64,000 nt of DNA, taken from Adineta vaga (lineage: Eukaryota > Animalia > Rotifera). A program made the translations under genes and the position numbers. A model generated the notes under the pieces. That model saw only the letters and a list, made by a program, of their open reading frames with translations. It did no database searches and was not told where the DNA came from. Shown one piece after another: positions 29,860 to 41,800 of this stretch. Within the stretch, counting starts at the first letter, position 1; each line of letters opens with the position of its first letter. The stretch is from positions 11,098,001 to 11,162,000 of the forward strand of contig CP075495.1 in NCBI GenBank assembly GCA_021613535.1. Reading direction: 5' to 3'.

Positions 29860-32517
29860 TTAATCCTTTTTAACTTTCGAATGGAGTTTTGGTGTATCAA
29901 CTAAACCTTGTCCCCAAGCAATTGTTATTCCTAATGTTGTTAATGTTGTTGCACTCCAAAAAAGAACATAACCCATTTGTTCACGAAATGTTGAAGCAGG
30001 TATTAATAAATTAATAATACACATTGAAAATGCCAATAATATTGTTATTGGTAAAGCTAAAAGTTTCTTACTAATATCTTTACTAACTGGACATGATTCT
30101 GGTGTAAGACCTTCATTGGACGAAACATGATAATTACCCAAAAAGAGATCAATACCATCCTAACAATGTCGAACTTATTTTTTCAAACAAAACAAAAACG
30201 AAAAATTCATTTTACTTGTCGAAAACCATCATAGAAATTATTTAATACATAACGCATAAATGAATTATAACCATCTTGAAGTAAACCCATAGTTGAACGT
30301 TGACCCGTTCTAAAGATATCAACAAGAAGATCTTTAGACATCTATATTTTCTATTTAATTAACCTAGTATAATCTGTTTTTAATGCACCGGTTCCAGCAT
30401 ATTGAAGACTAATAACATCAGCATTGTCTGCCCAAACTAAACAAAATAATATTGATTAGATAAAAAGAAAACAATCTTATTAAATAACTCTTCATTTACT
30501 ATTTTTAAATATATGACTCAATTCTTTATATGAATCAATTGTTTCTCGATATTTAATAATATTATAATGTTGTAATTGTTTTTCGAGAATTCTTTTAGCA
30601 AATAAACTTTGAACAACATTAGTTCGATCAAGACAATCAACACAATTCGTACGAAATACACCGGTTTGTTGACTTTGTAATGCGCCATCATTTGTTGCAG
30701 CGAAATATCTAATAGATCAAGCAATTAAAAAGAAAATTTATTCATCAAATTACCCATAATCATCTTGATCAGCTATGGTACGAGCTAAAAGAATTGTTAA
30801 ACGATCATAACGCATACCGGCACATTCTTTATGAAAATCGAAATCTTCAAATCTAAGAAGAAAAAAAATGATGAAATAGTAAAAGAAATTCAATTTTTCT
30901 TTTACTTGAGAATAACATTTTCACTTCCTTCATATAATTCACGATATTTTGAATTTAATTTGCCTTCAGCTCCATGATGATTGGTCTAAATAATGTCACA
31001 AATATTTTTCATGAGAATACCAACCGAAATCAACATACAAGACTAATCAGGAATTGTTTTCCATAGTAATATTCTTGCTCTTCAAAATGTTGGCGAAATG
31101 CAGACACCTTTAGTTGCAAAATAATTTTTGTAGTTTACAAATTACAAAATCTCTTTCTTACATGATTACTACTTGGAATAACTGATACTCTTGGTTTATA
31201 TCGAAGATTTGGAAATTGCTTCCAATAACAAGGTACTGAACCACGGATCTACAGAAAAACAATGAGATCATCAATGAATTTAACATGAACATTGAAGAAT
31301 CGCATTTCACTGACAAAAGAGATATTAGAAACTATATCATTGAGAATGCGACTAGTTTTGAAGTATCTACAAATCGTTGAGACTCTTTTTTAAATTGATA
31401 ATTACTTGCACATAAGAACAGGACACATCATTTAGTTGAAGAATTTGTTCAGTTTCTACATAATTGGCTACTCGACCATTATCATCGATACCTCGAATAA
31501 ATAATCTAAATCAAAATCAGCTCTTTTTTCTTCCATTGAATTCAATATGATAATTATACCTTGTACCCGCTCGATGAGTGCTTCTTCGTGATATAACAGC
31601 ATACGTAAATGAATTACCATTAATACTCAATTTATGAATTGCTGCAACTATGATTTCACAAACAAAAATGAAAGATTATCTTTGATTATTTATCTCCTAA
31701 TGACTTACATCCATGAACTAATGGAAGAGTGAATTGAGCCAAAGATTTATTGGATATAAATGAATTAAGTAGATGTCGATTCCAAACAAATCGTTGGTCG
31801 GCACGTTCAATAAATGATTTTGAAAGAAATTCAGATGATGATGTATGAAGACGTTGAAGTGTATGTGTTAGATCGTATGAATACGAAAAATAAAATGCTT
31901 CAGTACGTAAAACAATTTCAATCATAGATAAATATTTATTATTGTATTTTAACTAAAAAAAGAAAGAACATTGGAAATGGGTATATTTATGATAAATTAT
32001 CAACAAACTTGATGTTCATTTAAATGTGACAAATTACGTGCAAATGGTATGATGTCAGTTGTTTGAACTTTATAAATTGCTTGTCCATTGATATCACCGA
32101 CATGTGATTTCGAAGTGATTACAATTAAATATGGACCAGAAATTAAATGAATAATACCAATAATTCCATAGATCAATCGTCGTTCAGCTCCATCAATATT
32201 TGGTAAAGTACCTACGGATAGATACAAAGAGAGAGAGAGAGAAATTCTAAGTAGATAGACGAAAGAAAATCTTTTACTTTGAAGTTGAATATCTTCTGTT
32301 GTTCGATCGATGGCAAGAATATCTTTGACGGTACGGAGAGTTGGTTGAATAATAAAATGATCAGGTAAGATATGACTAGACAAACGAAAAGTAGACGGAA
32401 ATATTTGTAAGATATTATCGAAAGAATTTACAGTGTGAAGTTATCGATCAGATTTTGTTGATGATTGGTCTTTGTATCCTTCCATGACCAAATAGATGAT
32501 TCTTTTTCTACTGACAT
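29860..32517 (-). CDS. SACM1L: Phosphatidylinositide phosphatase SAC1, multi-exon
   Basis: [45 protein letters not shown], catalytic [26 protein letters not shown], two C-terminal TM helices and a dilysine KVKKD end. Confidence 0.96.
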
Positions 32518-33576
32518 TGTGTGTATTTTATTTGAAATAAACTATAAATCAACTAATAATAAGTGTAGACGTGGTTCTGATATAATGTTAGTTAAATAAG
32601 TATGATGATGATGATGATGATAAACAAATGACAGAGAGGAAAGATTCATCAACGAATAGAATGACAACTGAAAACCTCAGTTGATTGTTTAACAATTGAT
32701 TTTCCTTGGAAACTTACGCCATCTTTGGACATTGACAGAACGATACTTGTTAAACGTTCTACATTATAAATTATCACTCAAATATATGAGAAAATGACTT
32801 GGGACATTCTTATATTACTGACGAGTAAAAAGTTTTAAATTATAGTATCTGCCTCTTGCAGAACAATTACTGTAAATTAGATCGACTGTATTCCGTATTC
32901 AACCATTGCAGACGCGATTCATTTATGTAATAGAATGTAAGTAAAACATGTTTTTCTCTTTTTATCAGGTACGTTTTAATACAAGGTTGAAGACAAAAAC
33001 TTTTCGAATGAAAAAAAGTATTCTCATATACAGCTTTTCTTTGCTAAATATGGAGATCATCACTGAAAAAGCTTGATGATGAGATTAAAAGCATGCCTTT
33101 CGTATAAATTTATTCATCTTGTCATCACTAAATATTAGTAGAGAATCAACTAAAGTATGTTCTATTCTTTTTATTGTAATACTTCATTTTAAGAATATTT
33201 GATAGTTAATTCAAGAGAACGCATAATTAATAATTCTGTTATACTATTGTCACTGTTGTTCGATACTTTCAAAAAGATGAACAATTTAAAAGAATAGATA
33301 AGCGATATATTAATTTCATGAAATATTAAAGCTATCTAAAATAGAATACAAGCAAAAAATAGAATGTTTATGACTTAATATTATTCTTGAACCATCATTA
33401 GTAGATCGACTTCAAAGATATTAATAGAAAAAATGTCAAGCTCCATTCGGTCTAATCAAACCTGTCGAAGAAATAAATTCATGTTTGGATATAATACAGA
33501 CATTGAATAGATTTGCTCGTGCATTCATTCAACTAGATAATATATATATTTACAGTAAAGTAGTTTGTTTTTCTCT

Positions 33577-34602
33577 TTAATGATTTATATGAATTGTTCT
33601 TATACGTAAGCTGGTATCTAGATTTACAATATTATTGATTTGAACTGGAGATATTCGTGGATTTGAATATAATTTCTTAAATAATCGAACAAGTTCTTGT
33701 CTATAAACTCGTGCCGAAAGAATATAAGAGAAGAAACCGGTTGTAAATGAGAGATAGAATGGTAATTTACATACGATAGAAGTATAATAGAAATCAAGTG
33801 AATAACGAAATGATATTGGTAGATTAATCATGAAAAATACGGCACAAAATGGTAGAGTAAGAATCACATGAATACTAACTTGAAGTAAAAGCATACGTGA
33901 AAGTTGCCTTTCTGTTCGATGATAATGTGTTAATCGATTAGAATTCAATGCTACTTGATTAGTGTTATGAATTGTAAGTAAACCGAATGATAACATACAA
34001 ACGGGTGCTAATATTACGTATAAAATCATATCTATGATTAAGAAAACTTGACCAAATAGAAAATCGGATGGTATAGTACATATACGTATACCATCGATTA
34101 TTAAATCAAACGCTATAAAAGCTCCCGAAAATAAAATCGTAAACATGATGATTAGGATAAAAACAGCCCATCGAGCTACTCGTATATTACTGAATCGACG
34201 AATCTTGGCGTGAACTGTGCTTGCTGAAAATCGATCAATCGAAGCGAGTACAATTAGATAAACTGATAAATTTGGACAGAAATTCAATAAATAACTAGTT
34301 AATTTACAAAAAGAAGTTGAGTATAAACTATAATTAAGTTGATATCCATCGGCAAGAAGATTATTTGTGAGTAAAAATGTACAATAAAACAGATTGATAA
34401 TAGCCATACAACAAAAATAAAGTGAACATGCATGACGATTTAAAGATGGTCTTGTTAAAATGATTATATTTAAAATATTACTTGTTATACCAAGAAAAAT
34501 AATGATTGGAACAATGATACGTGTTGCTTGAGTAGAAAATTCTATAATAAAATCTGTTGTCATTTTGTTTTCCATGTTTGATTGTTTATTTTTGAAAATC
34601 AT
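33577..34602 (-). CDS. Intronless orphan rhodopsin-like GPCR
   Basis: 341-aa ORF with 7 hydrophobic segments, CSLYF, FCKL, LASIDRF, ERQLSRMLLLQV and FFSYILSARVYRQEL. Confidence 0.85.
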   Translation of the reverse strand: MIFKNKQSNMENKMTTDFIIEFSTQATRIIVPIIIFLGITSNILNIIILTRPSLNRHACSLYFCCMAIINLFYCTFLLTNNLLADGYQLNYSLYSTSFCKLTSYLLNFCPNLSVYLIVLASIDRFSASTVHAKIRRFSNIRVARWAVFILIIMFTILFSGAFIAFDLIIDGIRICTIPSDFLFGQVFLIIDMILYVILAPVCMLSFGLLTIHNTNQVALNSNRLTHYHRTERQLSRMLLLQVSIHVILTLPFCAVFFMINLPISFRYSLDFYYTSIVCKLPFYLSFTTGFFSYILSARVYRQELVRLFKKLYSNPRISPVQINNIVNLDTSLRIRTIHINH

Positions 34603-35928
34603 AAGAATAATGTAGGAGCTGAGTGTTCGAGAAATAGAATCGTTATCAAATGAGAATCCTGTAAATTGTTTATTCAGGTCAAAAGAATAGTAAAGATAAT
34701 TTATAGAATCTTGTCATTTTCTATTTCTGTTGAAAAAAAGAAATAATTAGAGACATATGACTCGCCGTTAATTATGAATAGATACAAAAGAAAACTATAG
34801 AGAGAACCTACCTGGGAAGTTTATACACGAACTAATCATTGATAATTCGCATGTTCGGCTAATAATAGGAGTTTTGTACGTAACCAACTCATATTATAAT
34901 GTTGTCTTGAATTTTTGTCAGTGTCAATGAATAATTATCTCGAACACATTAGACATGTATGAAGTGGATTGTTAATTGAGCCTGAAAACGGATATGTGCC
35001 TGTCATTGTTTTGCCGAGTACAAACACATGATGTTTACTGGATTTATGTAACTTTCGCTAATAAAATACTGTTGTTTCACGATGTGAAATACCTTTTAAT
35101 AGAAATGATAGTTTATCAAGAAATGTCGATTCATATATTTCAAGTTAAAGTTATGTGCATATTCTTATGAATAGGTTTGGATACTCAATATGTTTTCAGC
35201 AAGCTCACTATTGAGTGAGAGGTATTTTTAATGATTGTGAGCATAGATAATTATATAGTTTTTATCTCAGGAACTTTTCTAGATTCTATAATCAAATTAG
35301 TAAATATTAAGCAACTATTTGTTTTCATAAAAATAATTCCTATTCTTCATTTCCTAAATAATCAACACTAGTGAACATTATGCTTTATTCATTAGGAATA
35401 TTCATCGACTATCTCTGCATACAATCTTGAAGTTCATTCTTTACTTCATTTCAAAAATGCATTTATATAGAATTACATTCAATGATGAAGCTATTCAACA
35501 AAACAACTGCGTGCTGAATAACTTTTAACAATTGTGTATTCCTATTACAGGAATTTATGTTTAGCAGCATGTATTCTTCCATGCAATTAGAGAAATGTGC
35601 GTCTTTCAATCAAACATTTTTACTGTATAACTTTGCTAAAAAAGAATCTTAAGGCACGTATGTTCATCAATTGTGGACTAGCATTAAAACGATATTCGTA
35701 AGAACATTGAGTAATACATAAACATGGAAAAAAAATAATCTCTTAGTTAACTAATCACTATTGATCAATAAATTGGTTACTCTAGAAACATCAGTGAAAT
35801 ACAAAATCATACTATGAACCTCAGAATCAAAAACAATTAACTGATATTTATTACATTAATCTGAATAAATCGAATGTTGCACATCATTGATAAAAGCAGT
35901 CGAGAAAATTATCATCATTAATGTATAA

Positions 35929-37964
35929 TTAAAGCCCATTGAATAGCTTAACAAGATCTTTCACTGTTTTTGGTGTTGATGCTTGATTGTTATTTACATG
36001 CGATGAGGTAGAAGAAATTGTATGAGACTTAACAGGAATATTTTTAGTTTCAATTGATTTCGGTTTTTTGATTACGGTTGAATAAATCACATCTTCTTCA
36101 GTCTTATTATCGTTAATTTTATGAATAACAACAATGGGTATTTTGTCTTTTACTCGTTGTTGTTGTTCTTCGTCGATTGGAAACTGAAGTGAAACATTCG
36201 GTCTCTCACTATCGTTTATTTTAATCTCATCAAGTAAAATTGGTTCCTAGAAAGTTTCAAGTTGACTAGAACTATAGAATATATTTTCAATACTTTTTGT
36301 AAAAAATTTGCAGGAATCCATGTAAGATCAGTATCCTTATTCCTTCGTCTTCCAAACCACCAACCACTTGGATGTTTTTCATGTATTTCAATAAGATCAC
36401 CTCGTTGAAATGATAGACACTCTCCTGTAGTATCTGTAAAATTAGTATGAGCATAATATAAATCCAAATCTGTATGATTCGATAAACAAGCATACAATTC
36501 AACGTCATCATCCTACATGAAAATAGATATAGCAATCTAGCCAAGAAATCAACTTCTTACTATACCCAATCGGAGTCATCGGAATCATTTAATTGTAGTG
36601 TTTTCGTAGTATCAGTTGGTGAATTATCTTTGAACATCATCAGAGAGTTAGTTAGATTTTGTAATATTTTTCTTCAACAATTCATATTTACTAGGAAGTG
36701 TACCAGGTATATGTCGTCCTTGACATGATGATAGATAGAGTGCTGGAAATCGACCAATTTTATCGTTGAATCTACAACAAGTGACTGTTCTATCATCTTT
36801 TCATAGCCAAGTTAATAGCCCTACTTAACTGTCCACCATCCAGTTAATGATCTTTCAATTACTATTACAAAAGAACCTTGTTCTAATGAAAGTTCATCTT
36901 CACCTTTACTTTCATATTGAGTATTAACAATAAATGTTTCATCTACACCGACATAGAGAAGAAAGAATGAAATTGTAATATTTTAACAATTATTACTTGA
37001 TGTGTTCTCAAGAGTTTTTTTTTCTCGAGCACCTCGTTCTAATTCTGATGGTTGTAAATAAGAACCAGGTACAAAACCTGTTTGATCATTATATTGCACA
37101 AACCACCAACCTTAAAAACATCTTATCTATAAATATTCAAAGTCTATTTACATTTTTCACAAACCATTCGAATGTTTTTGCAATACTTGTACAAGATTAT
37201 TTCGTTTTAAAGATATTTCAAGTTTATCTGTAGCAGTGAAATCAGCCAAACATCGATATGTAGCTAATGTTGATGGTTCACTTATAACAACCTGAACTCA
37301 TTTCTAGCGTTTTCTTCTCAGGCGTGACAGATTGAGCTGATTGCTGAATGTCAGCTGATGATGGATGAAAAAATTCTAGTATTGGACGAGAACGTGATAT
37401 GTATTCAGGTAATGAAATTAAAGTCTATGACAATGAAAAGAAAGTAAAGTGCAAACTGGAATAAATAATATTCTACCTGGCAATATTGATCAAGAGCTTG
37501 TTGTCGTTCAAGAGCAATTTGACGGATTTGACTACGGCCAAGAATAATTTTACCTTTAATATTTAAAATATAAAGATTTTCGAATCAATGTCTGATTTAC
37601 CAGGAAGAAATGGAATTTGACGTGATTGATTTGTATTTGCCGATTGTATAGGTGTCTCAGCGAATAAATCTAGTAACTTACACTAAAATATTCAATGAAT
37701 GAATAGTTTCTTTCTACGACAAAAAAATCATTTACTTGTAGATCGAAAAACTGTGCGTATCGCCGATAGATCATAAACTGATTAGAAGGATTGATCCAAG
37801 TCACTTGTATAACATAAACCTCAAAAGCAATCAAACTATTACATCAAAAGATTTCTCTATATATTTACATAATGTTTTGGTCCAGGTTTATACCGTTTTT
37901 CAATATCAATTATTTTAATACTCTCAACATATCCATTCTTATCCGATGACTCTTTATTTGTCAT
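35929..37964 (-). CDS. Tks/SH3PXD2-like (p47phox-organiser family) PX + 3xSH3 adaptor; frame break near 37291
   Basis: PX: IIDIEKRYKPGPKHYVYVIQVTW...IYRRYAQFFDLQ...IPFLPGKIILGRSQIR. Three SH3 domains: GWWFVQ..GFVPGSYL; GWWTVK..GRFPALYL; GWWFGR..WIPANFL. Confidence 0.88.
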
Positions 37965-38813
37965 CTAAAATAACAATTTGAAAATCTCAAGAGTTAACCA
38001 TAAAATAATACGTAAATGATAATAAAATGAAATTGTTTTTGTCATAAAACATCGACATATTTTTATCAATTTCAAGTATGTTATTTCTTTTTATATAATA
38101 TGAAACAGAAATATTTACCAACTCATCTCATCATTGATTTATTGACGTTGCTTTCCATATGATTCAGTTTTTTTTATTATTTAATAACGAAATGATATTA
38201 ATGAAGATACTTATAGATTCTATTTAGTTATTCTTTTATTTATCTAATGAGATACACAGATAAGAACGATGCTTTGTTATCTACCAACTTTTCATTGTTT
38301 TTTTTATTTTCAATGTTAAAAATTCTGCTAGTTTCCTTTTTGTGAATGTTCATTTGTAGATCGTGCGTAACACAATAATTATAGCAACAAATCAATCAAT
38401 TTTATATAGTTCATTCAAAATCGTCTATTTTGAAAAGTTCCGTTTCTCTCTGTCTATTAATTTCTCGTTGATGATCGTTAGTGGAGGAGTGAAAATAAGT
38501 GACGTCTATCTAAAAGCTTCTTTCAGTCATTTATATACTCATAAAACCTACCTGATTTCATGTCGTTTGAGTGTTTTTTTTTATTCGAGTCGAGAGAAAA
38601 AAAACGGTCGGCTCAAATACCGAACACAAAAAAGAGCGAAAGAGAGCGCGCAGAACAGATCAAAGTAGAAAGAAAAGAAATCGAACACAGTGCGGACAAG
38701 CCGCATTACACTGAAACGAGAGATTTTGATTGAGGATGAGAAACAGGAACGAAGGGAAGAAAAGACAAAAGAGAAAAAAAGACGAAAAAAAAGAAAAGAA
38801 AATGAAGAAGACT

Positions 38814-41800
38814 TTAGGATGTGGCTGGTGTCACCGTCATTTGGAATTCACCATTGCCACTATTCCCAGATGATGTCCCTACTGCTGTTGCTGTTGTTGT
38901 TGATGATATCCGAGAAGTGGATGTTGTCGACGAAGACGGAGATAAAGATGAGGGAATGAGCTGATCACCGGCTGAATTCGTATTTATTATTGTCGAATTA
39001 CTTGAAGTTGATGTCAATACGTCGGACGACATTGGAGATGCAGATAGAGCGGTTGATGTGACAGGTTGAATTGTATCTTGTTGATGAGATGACGAAATAT
39101 TCGTATTACTAGAAGAATTTTCGAGATTTCCGGACGTTGAAGATGATGATGGAGATGAAAGACGAGCTTGATACCAATCACGATTTTGTTCTAACGTTTC
39201 TAAAATCGAACTAGCATCTGGATAAACCAAATCAGCCCATGTTTCCCATAGGGGATGTACAATAAATTCAATAAAACCAACCTAAATATAATCACGACAT
39301 TTGTTCAAAGAAAATCTCTTTCTCCAGTTATTTTTCTTTTCATACCTGATGTTTTTCTACACTGGCTACACGTCTATCACACATCGGAGAAATTTCTAAT
39401 CCCAAAGCACGTTCTTTATCACCTTGCCTCCAAAATTCTTCCATTATTCGATCAGTCCATTTTATATATATATCCAATGGTTTCGTTGGATTAGATAAAT
39501 CAGCACAATGAATCATATTTTGAAGCACCTGTATTCGATCATCATATGATTCTAACATAATAATATTATTTCCAGTCACTTTTTTCGATTCAACCATTGT
39601 TTTTAAATCAGCTAATAATTGCATATGTTTAGACATATCGGTGGCTAAAACCATATCAATCACCATTTTTCTTAACGTTTTGATTTGTTTTGCTGATAAA
39701 TGTGAAAAGATATTTCTCTCATCTACTTGTAACAGTTTAAATGCAACGGCTAGATGATGATTTTCTAGTACACTCTCATCATTATACATTATCGCTAGAT
39801 CACTTTCTAGAAGAGAAAAGAAAAGCAGAAATCAATTTTATGAATAATATCACGTATGTTATTGTTAATCTTTTGAATAGGATGTTCAAATGATTGAGGA
39901 TTTTAAATTGATAAGACTTACTAGTATTGATTAAAAATTGATTTGTTACACCGGGATGATCAACATCGTGCACTGCCGACGCGAATATCGCCGACATGAT
40001 CTCCAGTTCGGTGAACACGCCCTTTAGTAGTAATAAAAATAAGAAACTATATCGATCGATTTCTCTTTTTTTCCTTTCTTTTACTTACGTCGAGTGCCGA
40101 AGCATTGAGCAAAACATGCATTGACTGACAAACATCAGCTCCATGAGCTTTATTATGATATGGTACTTGTTGATAATGATCTTCAAGTGTGAGCAAATAT
40201 GAAATTAATGTATGAGGTTCAATCGCATAGGTCCTTAGTAATAAACGTTCTTGAAATATCCTATATGTTATTGCTGTTAATGGCCGTTGACCACTAAGTT
40301 CTTCGATACGAAATGTATCTAAACCCCAATCATTAACACGATTAAGTAATATTCGTAATTCCTCGACGTGTTGTGTCTCAACTCCTAATTCTGGTATAAA
40401 ACTTTGTGTTGTTAATGCTGTTGTTGTCGTTTGTATACCAATAATATTTCCCATTAATGTGGGTGATGACATTGATGTATCGATATTTTTTGATGTTGTG
40501 ACAGTATTAAGTTCATCTGATGGAAGACCACGTGAAGAAGATATTGCTTGAGATAGATCAACATCAGGTTCTTTTTTGTCTAGAAAGAAAAAGTTTTATT
40601 TCATCTTTTTATTCTTTCGTTATCTATTCATTTACCTGTATAAGTTGAATATAGATAATCACTAATTTGTGCGCTAGTTTTATTATTCTCAGCGAAATGT
40701 GATAGTTCTTTATTGAGCATACGCTTAAACTAAAGAAGAAGAAAAATTTGAATCGAAATCGATACTTATTCTTCCTTACTTTGAGCGAGGCTAAATCAGA
40801 AACAGATTTATGAGTTTGCATTGTTTCTAATTGTTCTAGACACCAATCGAGTTCTTCTAATGTTGATATAGCTTGTGTTAATGTATTATCATCTAATATA
40901 AATGAAATTATTTCGAAAATATTTCAGATGAAATGGTATGAAAAAAGGTCGGATTACCTGTTGCTGTTGCTGCTGCTACGACTGCTGTCGTTGTCATCTT
41001 ATTGAGAATAGGGGAGGCGGCTTGAGCACTGTTATGTTGACTCGACCTTTTCGCTCTAGATAAAAGAAAAAAATTGAAAAAGAATTTTAAATTGTGCAAA
41101 TTATATTATTAGATTGATTACCTTTCTGGAGGTATGTGGGTAAGTTCAACAAAATTCTTCCGTACATTCTTAAGACTGGCAAGTAACTGAGCAAATGGAG
41201 TGACAATCATGTCATCCTGGTGCCTATAAAAGAATAACAAAAGACAATATTAATACTACTAATAATAATATTAGTAACAAAACACTAATAAAAGACATGC
41301 CTCATTATAAGAAGTTGATCTTCCTTTCTAATTGCTTCCTTTCCTTTTTTTTCTGTCTTAAGAGAGACTAAGCCGATCACGCACTAAATTTAATTTATAT
41401 ACCTTTATGCAAGAACAGACATACATACAACATGAATAAATTTAAATAAATATAATCAACCTACCATCCAATATGATGCATATTAGATGTACTGTGTGCT
41501 CGATCATTTTCATACTTAGTTTTATCACCATCCGGTAAAGCTTCTTGAACAGTGATTGAACGACAGATTTTCATCCGTTGTTTGGGTAAAAAACTGCTTG
41601 CACTACTACGCATGTTCTTCCTTTTTTTCTTTCGTTTAAATGTAAAATATGGACAGATTAAAATGTCCGGATGCGCACAAAAGAAAGAAAATAGATGAAA
41701 TAAAGAATATTACAAAAGGGACTGGTGTCAGATCTTCAAAAAGCAGTACTCATACACGCCATCATTCTATTTAAACTCGGCGTTGTCATTTCTTCTGCTT

